Below, piece by piece: positions 42,558-52,610 of a stretch of DNA of 64,000 bases. A model generated the notes under the pieces. It was not told the origin of the DNA, made no database searches, and saw only the letters and a list, made by a program, of their open reading frames with translations. The position numbers and the translations under genes were made by a program. The stretch comes from an uncultured delta proteobacterium (GTDB lineage: Bacteria > Myxococcota_A > Polyangia > Fen-1088). The stretch spans positions 224,001 through 288,000 of the forward strand of contig CAVTRY010000016.1 of assembly GCA_963737265.1 (NCBI GenBank), given 5' to 3'. The stretch's first letter is position 1, and every line of letters starts with the position of its first letter.

Positions 42558-43329
42558 CAGATCCCTGACCGACCACAGATCCCTGACCCACAGATCCCTG
42601 ACCGACGGTAGTTGAAACCATCGCAGATCCCCGCGACCGACGGTAGTTGCCAGATCCCTGACCGACGGTAGTTGATCCTCAGATCCCTGACCGACGGTCA
42701 CGCAGATCCCCCCCCAGATCCCCCCAGATCCCCAGATCCCCGACCGACGGTAGTTGCGGCGGATCCCTGCCCCCAGATCCCCCAGATCCCCGACCGACGG
42801 TAGTTGCGGCGGATCCCTGCCCCCAGATCCCCGACCGACGGTAGTTGCACAGATCCCCGACCGACGGTTGTCCAGATCCCCGACCGACGGCAGATCCCCG
42901 ACCGACGGTCAGATCCCCGACCGACGGTATCGCAGATCCCCGACCGACGGTAGTTGCGGCAGATCCCCAGATCCCCGACCGACGGTAGTTGCGGCAGATC
43001 CCCAGATCCCCGACCGACGGTAGTTCCCACAGATCCCCGACCGACGGTCAGATCCCACAGATCCCCGACCGACGGTCAGATCCCACAGATCCCCGACCGA
43101 CGGTCAGATCCCCGACCGACGGTAGTTGCCCAGATCCCCGACCGATGGTGCAGAGACCCCCGACCGACGGTCCAGAGACCCCCGACCGACGGTAGTTCAG
43201 ATCCCCGACCGGGGAGATCCCGGGGAGATCCCCGACCGACGGTAGTTGCCCAGATCCCCGACCGACGGTAGTTGCCCAGATCCCCAGATCCCCGACCGAC
43301 GGTCCCAGATCCCCGACCGACGGTAGTTG
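42558..43329 (+). repeat. Polarised array of about 40 variably 3'-truncated units of CAGATCCCCGACCGACGGTAGTTG
   Basis: Units counted by eye; shared start AGATCCC; core palindrome ACCG-A-CGGT. Confidence 0.95.
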
Positions 43330-44525
43330 AAGATGGACGTGCTGCAATTCCAGAGCTCCAGTTTGAAGTCGACCCAATAGGTCCTATGGCAGGTGCACTG
43401 GACACTCCAGCAGGCCGCGGATTGGCCATTCCGGTGTGGGAACGAAGGTGCGCAACGGCGGCGAACGCCTGGCGAGATGCCTTCGAGACAGAAAGCTGCC
43501 TTTATGAGGCAGAAGTGCCTTTCTCATCGAGGCTCGGTGGCCCTGCCTCACGGCGACGCTGGGGCTCCGCCGGGCGAAGCATGGGCATCCTGCACGCCAT
43601 CCGTTCCCTCGCTCAGCACGCGTGCGAACCTGCGCATCCAGTAGGTCCCGAACGGGAACACGACATCGGCGACGCCAGCGGTCCATGCCCTGATGGCCAA
43701 GCGGTACCGCTCGAGAAACGCCTTGCTGCGGCCGATCGCCTCGATCCTTGGCCACTTGCTTCTGGCGGCGACGCGCGGGCTGATAGCGAAGTGCGGCTCG
43801 GCGCTTTTCGGGCAGTCAAAAGGGTTTTGGGCGAGAATGGCCTCGCGACCGAGGACAGTCTTGCCAGTCGCGCGGCGGCGTTCGCGGTGTTCGGTTTCGG
43901 CGGTGCGGACGCGGTCGGCCACGAGAGCGTTCCATTCGTCCTGAGTCTGACAGCAGAAGCCGCTGGGCCTGCGTAGAGGCAGAATGGCGACCGCGGGCTA
44001 CTGTCCTTCGGAGCGAAAGAAATACTTCGGTCTGGTGGCGATGAGTCGTTGTGTGGTCAGCGCGGCCTGGAAGCTACTGACGCCGGGCCATTCCTCGATG
44101 GTGTCAACCAAGTCGGCGGCGGACGGGTTGGCGTAGGCGTAGACCATCTTGTCGAGAACGTCGTTGGGTTCGACGAGGCGGACGACGGAGGTTGGGTCGG
44201 ACGACCAGAAGGCCTCGAAGCGACCGAGATGGGTGTTCTGGCAGCGGGCAAGGAGGGCGTGAAAGTGTTCGGCAAAGATGGGGAAGTTGCCCTCGGCGTC
44301 GTGCAGCCCAGCGTGGTAGTGGTTGGACATGGCCACAACGAAGAAGATTTCGACCTTGGCTCTCTGCGCGGCGAGGGCGAGGCAATAGACAAAGGCGTTG
44401 TTGGTGTCCTCGTTGCTGAGCGACAATTACATCTCCCCAAAGACGACAGCTACGTCGCCCCGCTTTGAGGCGCGACGGTGACCGTGAGGTAGACCTCCAA
44501 GCCCGCAAGCGGGCAGGAGGCACCT

Positions 44526-46024
44526 TTGAAGCCGGTCACCGACGCCCAAGTGAGGCGTTTGATGGAAGAGATGAGCAAGATTGGAAAAGTAGGCCAGGCC
44601 GCCATGAAGGCGGGCATGGACCGGAAGACAGGGCGGCGATACATCGCCGCGGGCAAGCTACCGTCGGAGCTACGGCAGCCGCGGTGGTGGCGGACGCGCC
44701 CTGACGCGTTCGCCGAGGACTGGCCAGCCGTGGCCAAGTTGCTGGAGGAAACGCCTGGGCTGGAGGCTCAGACGGTGCTGGAGCTGCTGGAGGCGAAGCA
44801 GCCAGGGCGGTACAACGAGAGCCATCTTCGGACAATGCAGCGGCGAATCCGTCGCTGGCGGGCCGAGCATGGTCCTGCGCGTGAGATTTGGTTCACGCAG
44901 GCGCATCGGCCCGGTGAAGCCGCGCAAACCGACTTCACGTCGACGGCGGAGCTTGGTGTGACGATCGTGGGCCAGCTATTCGTGCACCTTTTGTGCGTGA
45001 CGGTGCTGCCGTACTCGAACTGGCAATGGGCGACCGCGTGTCTGTCGGAGTCTCTGGCAGCGCTTCGGCGAGGGATCCAGTCGGCGCTGTTCCAGCTTGG
45101 GCGGGTGCCGCGATACCACCAAACCGACCACTCGACGGCGGCGACACATCAGATCGCTCGCGATGCGGAAGATCGCACTTTCAACGATGAATACAAGGCG
45201 GTCATGCGGCACCTCGGAATGGAGCCACGAACTACAGCCGTCGGGGCCAAGGAACAAAACGGCGATGTGGAGGCCAGCAACGGCGCGCTCAAGCGTCGGC
45301 TTGAACAAGCGTTGCTGGTGCGTGGCAGCCGCGACTTCGCGGACCAAGACGACTACGAACGCTTCGTAGCCAAGGTGGTCCGCAAAGCCAACGCTTCGCG
45401 AGGCCCGCGCGTCGCCGAGGAGATCGAAGCCATGCGGCCGCTGGTGGTGGAGCGTTTGCCGGAGTACGCAGAAATGACGGCACCTGTGGCGTCGACGAGC
45501 ACCATCCGGGTCAAGTCGTGCGCCTACTCGGTGCCGTCGAGGCTGATCGGCGCACGGGTGAGAGTCCGCGTGTTCGAGCACCGAATCGAGGTGTACTACG
45601 CCGACAACTTGGAATTGGCCTGCGACAGGCTGCGAGGCAAGACCGCGCGCATCGACTACCGGCACGTCATCTGGTCTTTGGTGCGCAAGCCGGCGCGTTT
45701 TCTCGCTACGTCTACCGAGAAGAGCTGTTTCCAAGCGTGACTTTCAGGCGGGCATACGACGCGATCCAGGCGACCAAGCCTGGAATCAAAGGCGACGTTG
45801 AATACCTGCGCATTCTTCACCTGGCCGCCAGCACGATGGAAGCCGATGTCGAGCAAGCGCTCACGACTCTGCTTGCCGATGGGACCATCTTGACGGCGGA
45901 TGCAACCAAGAAGAGATGCACACAGGCGACGGACAGTACCTATCCACCGAGCGTCCCCGCGCTCGAAGCACCGCTGGTCGATCTCGCGTCCTACGACCTG
46001 CTCCTCGAACAGGTGGCATCATGA
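44526..46024 (+). CDS. istA: IS21 transposase (frameshift near 45692)
   Basis: QTDFT, TDH, NGDVE DDE motifs; YSVPSRLIG; KP(G)AFSRYVYREELFP continues in another frame. Confidence 0.85.
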
Positions 46025-46869
46025 CCAACGTCTCCGTAGACACGGTCAAGCCGAGCGCGCTCGACGCTCTGCTGGTGCTTCTGCGCGCGCTCAAGCTGCC
46101 TGCCTTCACCCGGCACGCCGAGGAGATCGCGATCAAGGCCAGCCGCGAGGGGTGGACCTTCAGCCAATACCTCCAGCACCTGGCCGAACTGGAAATCGAA
46201 GAGCGCCGAACCCGTCGCATCGATCGCGCGCTTCGCGATTCGGACCTTCCCACGGAGAAAACCCTGGCCACCCTGGAACGTGGTCGGCTGTCACCCAAGG
46301 TGATGAAGCAGATGGCGAGCCTGTGTGAGGGTGGCTTTGTCGAACGTGGGGAGAACCTGCTCGTCTTCGGACTGCCCGGCCGAGGCAAAAGTCACGTTGT
46401 GGCTGCCATCGGCCACGAACTCATCCGGCGCGGCTACCGGGTCCTCTTCACGCCGACCTTCGCGCTTGTCCAGAGGCTGCTGGCCGCCAAGCGCGACCTT
46501 CGCCTGGAACGAGAACTGGCCGCGCTCGACATCTATCACGCCGTGATCCTCGACGACATCGGCTACGTCCAGCAGAGCCGCGATGAAATGGAGGTCCTTT
46601 TCACCTTCCTGGCCGAGCGGTACGAACGCAAGAGCGTCCTCATCACCAGCAACCTGGTCTTCAGCGATTGGATCCGCATTTTCAAGGATCCCATGACCAC
46701 CGCCGCCGCCATCGACCGACTGGTCCACCACGCGGTCATCCTTGAGATGACCGGCCCCAGCTACCGCAGCGAAGAAGCACGAAAGAGAGGCGTCACCACC
46801 CCAGCGACAACTACGACAACTACCGATCAACCAACGACAACTACCCCCGACAACAATGGGGCGATGTAA
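46021..46869 (+). CDS. istB: IS21 helper ATPase
   Basis: GLPGRGKSH, ILDDIGY, LITSN, AAIDRLVHH. Confidence 0.95.
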   Translation: MTNVSVDTVKPSALDALLVLLRALKLPAFTRHAEEIAIKASREGWTFSQYLQHLAELEIEERRTRRIDRALRDSDLPTEKTLATLERGRLSPKVMKQMASLCEGGFVERGENLLVFGLPGRGKSHVVAAIGHELIRRGYRVLFTPTFALVQRLLAAKRDLRLERELAALDIYHAVILDDIGYVQQSRDEMEVLFTFLAERYERKSVLITSNLVFSDWIRIFKDPMTTAAAIDRLVHHAVILEMTGPSYRSEEARKRGVTTPATTTTTTDQPTTTTPDNNGAM

Positions 46870-47019
46870 TTGACGTCACCGGGTGAATGTAGTTGACGTC
46901 CAGCACCTCGTCGGGACGCAGGAAGAAGCGCCGCTCGGAACAACGGCGCGTAATCATGTAGTCGGCACCCGGAAGCACCTGGCGTGGAAGGCTCATGCCG
47001 GGGTATCGGTCAGGGTGCC

Positions 47020-47258
47020 AGAGAAGTTGCTTCGAGAACTACCCTCGGTTCGGATCACCGATCACCCGCGGGCTTCGAGAATTACCCTCGGTTCGGATCA
47101 CCCGGAGAAGTTGCTTCGAGAATTACCCTCGGTTCGGATCACCAGCGGAATTACCCTCGGTTCGCACCCGAGAAGTTGCTTCGAGAATTACCCTCGGTTC
47201 GGATCACCAGACGAGACGGTTCGGATCACCAGAATTGTTCGGATCACCAGAATTACCC
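47020..47258 (-). repeat. Polarised array of GGTGATCCGAACCGAGGGTAATTCTCGAAGCAACTTCTC units (minus strand), variably truncated
   Basis: Related to, and inverted relative to, the left array (GATCC..ACCGA.GGTA.TT). Confidence 0.9.
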
Positions 47259-47274
47259 GAAACCATCGATCAGG

Positions 47275-47415
47275 AACCGCCCGCAGTGAGCGTCCCGAGG
47301 CGCGCAGGAGACTTGACATGTCGTAGCTGTCGATGGCGTCGTAGGTGCCGATCATCAAGAGCACGATGTGGGGCGTGTACTCCGGCACGACGCTGCCTGT
47401 GGACGATAATGGCGG
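47275..47415 (-). pseudogene. SGNH/GDSL hydrolase internal fragment
   Basis: PHIVLLMIGT(Y)D....YDMS..(frameshift)PARLGTL resembles the block III GTND region. Confidence 0.55.
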
Positions 47416-47448
47416 CCAAGCACCAGGTCGGCGCGGGCCTTGTCAATG

Positions 47449-47931
47449 TCACTTTGGCGAGCGGCTGCCCGAGGTCGAGATGCGCTCGAGGCTCTTGAGG
47501 TCGGCGAGATCCTGGTCTCGGCCGGATGCACGTTTGTTCTTAAGCAATGCCAACCGACCGATGATGGGAATGGTGCGACCGTCGATCTCGATGCTGGCAC
47601 CATCCGCCATCGCCTCGTCGAAGGTGATGCCGTCGACGCGGTTGATGATGTCGATGCGCAGCGGTGGAACCCCGATCTGCAGCACGCCGTCGTAGCTGGC
47701 GAAGTCGCCTTCGCTTACTTCGAAAGCGGACAGCGACGCGCCGAAGGCCCCCAAAGCACGATAGACCAGCGCCGCATTGCCGCTGGTCGCCCGTACCAAG
47801 ACATCCAGATCCTTCGTGGCCCTGGGATGTCCGTGGAAAGCGACGGCGTGCCCGCCGACCACCACGAACTCGGCGCCTGCGTCGCAGAGGGCGAGCAGGA
47901 GATCGCGAAAGTCGTCGGGAAGGTCGATCAT
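47449..47931 (-). CDS. Nucleotidyltransferase-fold protein
   Basis: VVVGGHAVAFHGHPRATKDLD, RIDII, KNKRASGRDQDLADL. Confidence 0.8.
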   Translation of the reverse strand: MIDLPDDFRDLLLALCDAGAEFVVVGGHAVAFHGHPRATKDLDVLVRATSGNAALVYRALGAFGASLSAFEVSEGDFASYDGVLQIGVPPLRIDIINRVDGITFDEAMADGASIEIDGRTIPIIGRLALLKNKRASGRDQDLADLKSLERISTSGSRSPK

Positions 47932-48152
47932 GTCGCTCGCCTGCGGACGAACCTGCAAGGGATCTGCGCGCGTGCGTAGACGGGCAGCGCATGCCCCGCA
48001 AGGCTGTAGCTTATCCGCGTGAGCCGGTGGACCAATGAAACAGCCTCTGCGCCGAACACCGGGGTGAAGTCAACCTCAGGGTCGCCGAGGTGAGCCTTGC
48101 GCAGGGTCATTCGCGCCCGTCTCGCTTGCGACCGTCTTTCGGCGTCCGTCAT
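47928..48152 (-). CDS. Small partner protein of the nucleotidyltransferase
   Basis: ATGA overlap with the nucleotidyltransferase gene; 74 aa. Confidence 0.6.
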   Translation of the reverse strand: MTDAERRSQARRARMTLRKAHLGDPEVDFTPVFGAEAVSLVHRLTRISYSLAGHALPVYARAQIPCRFVRRRAT

Positions 48153-48339
48153 GTGCCAATCCCCACGCCGCCAGAATAGCGTCTTTGCGAGCGGACGCCA
48201 AACATCCGCAGCCGGCCACCCGTAGCCGGCGGCACCGTTTCCACCGAGGTCAGCGTGGGCGAGCGAGGGAGCGGCTGCGCGCCGGTCGCCTTGACGCCGG
48301 CCACGCCTTTGTCTTGGGCGCGGCCCGTAGCGCTCGCCG

Positions 48340-48427
48340 CTAGCTGGCCAGCTTCGCGATCAAGTCGCCGACCTCGCGCGTGCCCGTACCCATCTTGCCG
48401 GCGGAGAGACTCTTGATCTTGATGCCC
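48340..48427 (-). pseudogene. 3' fragment of an isopropylmalate/isocitrate dehydrogenase family gene
   Basis: IKIKSLSAGKMGTGTREVGDLIAKLAS* resembles the LeuB-family C-terminus; begins exactly at the repeat. Confidence 0.6.
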
Positions 48428-48574
48428 GTTCCTATCCCCCGTTCCTATCCGAGGGTACTTTTGAGGACGGATGAGATCCCTCAAATAGCAGGAACCATGT
48501 CCGGCTTCCGGGCGCGAGGGCTGGCGCTCAACTACCCTCGGTGAGGAATCGGAGATACCCTCGGTTCGGATCAC
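48428..48574. repeat. REPIN-like unit, copy 1
   Basis: Inverted ends TCCTATCCGAGGGTA...TACCCTCGGTGAGGA around a conserved ~75-bp spacer; repeated at 49857 and 50167. Confidence 0.85.
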
Positions 48575-49850
48575 CTACGAAGTGGTCGAGAAGGTGGCCC
48601 GCCGATGTGGCTTTCTCAAGCGTCGCCGCGATGTCGCGCCCGCGGCGCTTCTGGTAGCGTGCATTTCGGCCCTGGGCGCGGGCGCCGCCATGTGGCTTGC
48701 CGATATCCTGCGCGCGTTCAACGCCTTTACCGGGAAAGCCGTTCGCTACAAGCCGTTCCACAACCAGATCAGCAAGCCGAAGTTTCCCGACTTCGTACGC
48801 GCGATTCTGGAGGAGTTGCTGGCAAAGCTCACCGCGCCCGTGCTCGAGGGGTTACCGAAGAGCAAGCTGGCCCAGTTCGAGGAAATTGTGGCCCACGACG
48901 GAACCTCGTTTGCCCTCAAGAACACCCTCGCGAAGAAGTGGCCGGGGCGCTTCAAGAAGCTGACACCGGCTGCAGTAGAACTCCACGTCACGATGAGTGT
49001 CCTCAGCGACAACCCGGTCGCGATTACCTTGGCTCCGGACAGGGAGGCTGAGCGCCCGTTCCCTCCCAAGGCGGCTTCCCTCAAGAACCGCCTGCTGCTT
49101 GAGGACCGTGGATACCAGGAGCGAGAGTTCTTCGTCGCCGTACAAGACGCCGACGGTTCCTTCATAGTCCGTGGCACAAAGTGCATCCGGCCGACAATCC
49201 GGACCGCTCGCGATAGCCAGGGCTGTCGTCTCCGTCACCTTGAAGGAAGACGCCTCTCGTGGTCCCTGCTCCCCCGTCATGACGTCGACCTCGAAATCGA
49301 TTGGAAGCGCGACTCGGGCAGGACCTACAGCGGTCGTCTTGTCGTCATCTATGCCGAAGGAAAGCGGAACCAGGCGTCCTTCGTCTACCTGCACACGAAC
49401 TTGCCCCGTGAGACTTTCTCCGCGCACGACGTGGGGCAGATCTACAGGCTAAGGTTCTACAGGCTAAGGGGCAAGTCGAGCTGCTGTTCAAAGAATGGAA
49501 ATCCCGCTCAAACCTCCACAAATTCGACACCGGCAAGGCCCCCATCGCCGAGGGCTTGATCTGGGCCAGCCTCCTCGCAGCTACGCTCAGGCGCTGCATC
49601 ACCCACGCGGCCGAGCGTGCGTGCGGCATCCCGCTGTCCACACAGCGCGCAGCCCGTTTCGCCAAGCACTTCCTCGACGCAATCCTGGCTGCCGTCCTTG
49701 AATGCAGCACGAGCCTCTTCGACGACATACGCGCCGCCTTCGCTTTCCTCGTTGGCAACGCGCTTCGGGCACATCCGAAGCGCGACCGAAAAACCGGACG
49801 CCTCGCCGCGGGACTTCGCCATGTGGCCGTCGCCTAAGTACCTACGTATG
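48575..49850 (+). pseudogene. IS4 family transposase, 5'-truncated and frameshifted, with its right end
   Basis: HDGT, EDRGY, YRLR(W)QVELLFKEWKS broken by a tandem TCTACAGGCTAAGG duplication; end CCTAAGTACCTACGTATG. Confidence 0.8.
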
Positions 49851-49856
49851 AAGACA

Positions 49857-50341
49857 TCCTATCCCCCGTTCCTATCCGAGGGTACTTTTGAGGACGGATG
49901 AGATCCCTCAAATAGCAGGAACCATGTCCGACTTCCGGGCGCGAGGGCTGGCGCTCAACTACCCTCGGTGAGGAATCGAGGAATCGGAGAATTACCCTCG
50001 GTTCGGATCACTCCGACCTCAGGGAATTACCCTCGGTTAGGCTTTCACCGGTTAGGTTAGGCTTTCACCGGTTAGACTTTCACCTCCGCGGTTAGGCTTT
50101 CACCTCCGGTTAGGTTTTCCACCGTACACAGGGAATTACCCTCGGTTAGGCTTTCAAGGCTTTCAAGGGTACTTTTGATGACGGATGAGATCCCTCAAAT
50201 AGCAGGAACCATGTCCGACTTCCGGGCGCGAGGGCTGGCGCTCAACTACCCTCGGTGAGGAATCGAGGAATCGGAGAATTACCCTCGGTTCGGATCACTC
50301 GGAGCGGATCACTCGGAGAATTACCCTCGGTTCGGATCACT
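49857..50341. repeat. REPIN-like copies 2 and 3 plus truncated arrays (AATTACCCTCGGTTCGGATCAC and AATTACCCTCGGTTAGGCTTTCACC)
   Basis: Directly visible repeats that share the TACCCTCGGT core. Confidence 0.9.
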
Positions 50342-50547
50342 CCCCGAAGGGGGCAGCGCGGCCGTTGACCTCCGTTCCCGGAAGATTCGTTCCGGCGCAA
50401 ACCCGCTGAGGCCGAGCGAAGCAAGCGATGGGCAGGGTGGGAGGCGGGGCCGAAGCCGGGCGTCCACTCTCCCGAATGCCCGCACGGCATCAACCTTTCC
50501 GTCACAACGGCGATTGTCGTTGTATGATTGTGCCAATGAGCCGGCTT

Positions 50548-51513
50548 ATGGCGGCCGAACAAGTCAAGAGCGTGGCCGAAACCATAGACCGGCTGGAGCG
50601 CAACGTTGCGCGCGTTATCCGGGGCAAGCCGGAGGCGATCCGCAACTGCGTGCTGGCACTGCTGGCGCGCGGGCACCTGCTGGTCGAGGATGTCCCCGGC
50701 GTTGGCAAGACCACGCTGGCGCGCGCCCTGGCCGCATCCATCGGCGGCACCTTTCACCGCATCCAATTCACCAGCGACCTTTTGCCGTCGGACATCATCG
50801 GCGTGTCCGTCCTGGTCAACGGCACCGGAAGCTTTGACTTCAAGCCCGGGCCGCTGTTCGCCAACGTCGTGCTCGCCGACGAAATCAACCGCACCACGCC
50901 GCGCACGCAAAGCGCGTTGCTGGAGGCGATGAACGACAACCAGATCACCGTCGACGGCACGAGCTACCCGCTCGAACAGCCCTTCTTGGTCGTCGCCACG
51001 CAAAACCCCGAGGAACACTACGGCACCTATCCCCTGCCCGAGTCGCAGATGGATCGCTTCGCCCTGCGCATCCGGCTCGACTATCCCTCGGCCGCGGATG
51101 AAAAGGCGCTCCTCCTCGAAGCGCCGGTTCTCGCCGAGGAAGCGCTGGCGAAAGTGCAAGCCGCGTTGTCGCTGGGCGAAATCGTGGCCCTGCAAGAGGC
51201 CGCCGCGCGCGTACACCTGTCGCCCGAGCTGGCTGGCTACATCGTCGACGTGGCGCACGAAACCAGGCGTTCGCCCTTTCTGTCGCTCGGCATCTCGCCG
51301 CGCGGGGAGCTCGCCTGGCGCAATCTCGCGCGCGCTGCCGCGCTGGCCGCGGGTCGCGAATTCGTGCTGCCCGACGACCTCAAAAACCTGGCGCTGCCGG
51401 CCCTCGCCCATCGCCTGGTCCTCGTCACCCAACTCGATTCCACCGGGCGCGCACGCGAGGAGGCCGAGCGAATCGTCACCGACATTCTCAGCCGCGTGCC
51501 GGTGCCGGGCTAG
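50548..51513 (+). CDS. MoxR family AAA+ ATPase
   Basis: HLLVEDVPGVGKT, RIQFTSDLLPSDI, LADEINR, ATQNP. Confidence 0.95.
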   Translation: MAAEQVKSVAETIDRLERNVARVIRGKPEAIRNCVLALLARGHLLVEDVPGVGKTTLARALAASIGGTFHRIQFTSDLLPSDIIGVSVLVNGTGSFDFKPGPLFANVVLADEINRTTPRTQSALLEAMNDNQITVDGTSYPLEQPFLVVATQNPEEHYGTYPLPESQMDRFALRIRLDYPSAADEKALLLEAPVLAEEALAKVQAALSLGEIVALQEAAARVHLSPELAGYIVDVAHETRRSPFLSLGISPRGELAWRNLARAAALAAGREFVLPDDLKNLALPALAHRLVLVTQLDSTGRAREEAERIVTDILSRVPVPG

Positions 51514-51530
51514 ACGGAGCCATCGTCATC

Positions 51531-52610
51531 GTGCTTGGCCTGCGCGCGCGCTTCCGGCGTTGGTTCCGACCGCCCCGCAAGTTCCGCCTGACCCGCGAAG
51601 GCAAGTGGTTCATCGCCGCCACGCTGGTACTGGGATTCGCTGCGGTCAACGGCGGCATCAATCTACTGTTCCTCATCTTCGGCATGCTGCTGTGCCTGCT
51701 GGTGGCCAACGGCGTGCTGGCGGAAGCTTGCATGCGTCATCTGGATGTGCGGCGGCAGCTGCCCTTCGCCATACACGCCGGCAGCCCCTTTCTCATGGGG
51801 ATTGCCGTACGCAACCGCAAAGCTCGCCTTCCCGCCTTTTCCCTCGAAGTCGAGGATTTGACCACGGACCACAAACCAGTGGAACGTCGCTGCTTCTTCC
51901 TGAAAATTCCCGCCCATCGCCGCCAGGAAACCTCGTACCGGCGGACGCTGTCGCGGCGAGGAATCCATCGTTTGACCGGAATGCGACTTTCCACCCGTTT
52001 TCCCTTCGGGCTTCTTCGTCGCTCCATCGACGTCGACTCGCCCGCCGACCTGCTGGTCTACCCGGCGCTGGTCCCGGTTTCCGATCTCACGCTGCGCACG
52101 GGGCTCGCACATCTGGGCGACGAACAACACGCGGCACGCGGCCGCAGCGGGGATTTTCATGGTTTGCGCGAGTCGCGGCCAGGCGACGATCCCCGCGACA
52201 TTCACTGGCGAACTTCCGCGCGGCGCGGTCGCGCCTTCGTGCGCGAGTTCGAGGAAGAATCGGGACGCACGGTGGTCGTCGTCCTCAACACCCTGGGCGA
52301 GATCGAAGACGGCGCCGAGTTCGAGGCCGCCGTCTCCTACGCCGCGTCGCTGGCCCTCTTGCTGCTGCGGCGAGGATTGCGGGTTGGCCTCGTCGCCGGT
52401 GCCAGCCTCGTCGCGCCGGACGCGGGCACCGCCCAGGCCGGACAGATCCTGCGCTGCCTGGCGATGGTCGAAAGGTCGGCCGAAGCAGTGCTCGACGGCG
52501 AGCAACGAATTCGGACGTGGCAAGGCGCGACCCTGCTCACCGTGACGCCGGCACCCGGCAAGCCAGGCATCGAGGCGAGCACGAGGGCCGCCGCAGGGAG
52601 GTGCGCGTGA
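51531..52610 (+). CDS. DUF58 domain protein
   Basis: LTREG, FPFGL, LRE.RPGDDPRDIHWRTSAR, VREFE. Confidence 0.9.
   Translation: MLGLRARFRRWFRPPRKFRLTREGKWFIAATLVLGFAAVNGGINLLFLIFGMLLCLLVANGVLAEACMRHLDVRRQLPFAIHAGSPFLMGIAVRNRKARLPAFSLEVEDLTTDHKPVERRCFFLKIPAHRRQETSYRRTLSRRGIHRLTGMRLSTRFPFGLLRRSIDVDSPADLLVYPALVPVSDLTLRTGLAHLGDEQHAARGRSGDFHGLRESRPGDDPRDIHWRTSARRGRAFVREFEEESGRTVVVVLNTLGEIEDGAEFEAAVSYAASLALLLLRRGLRVGLVAGASLVAPDAGTAQAGQILRCLAMVERSAEAVLDGEQRIRTWQGATLLTVTPAPGKPGIEASTRAAAGRCA

Larger units (their letters stand above)
44414..46905 (+). mobile_element. IS21 family element
   Basis: TG...CA ends with imperfect IRs and subterminal repeats; 6-bp target duplication CCTCGT (44408-44413, 46906-46911). 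Confidence 0.9.
43548..46996 (-). pseudogene. REP-associated tyrosine (HUH/Y1, RAYT-like) transposase, split by IS21 and carrying an in-frame TAG at 43998
   Basis: MSLPRQVLPG..YMITRRC..RRFFLRPDE|DTNNAFVYCL; HUH motif SNHYH; FW; YAYANP; EEWPG; C-terminal FPFGTYWM in frame after the stop. Confidence 0.85.

Noticed and set aside
42558-43329. CRISPR array
   Set aside because: No unique constant-length spacers, units are truncated copies of one sequence, and there are no cas genes in the window
42698-43429. Repetitive ORFs across the array (PDPRPTVV / TTVGRGSG)
   Set aside because: Translations of a DNA repeat, open in several frames, with no start context
46800-46860. CGACAACTAC repeats in the istB tail as a separate element
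   Set aside because: They resemble IS21 subterminal repeats and encode a low-complexity Thr tail; part of the IS
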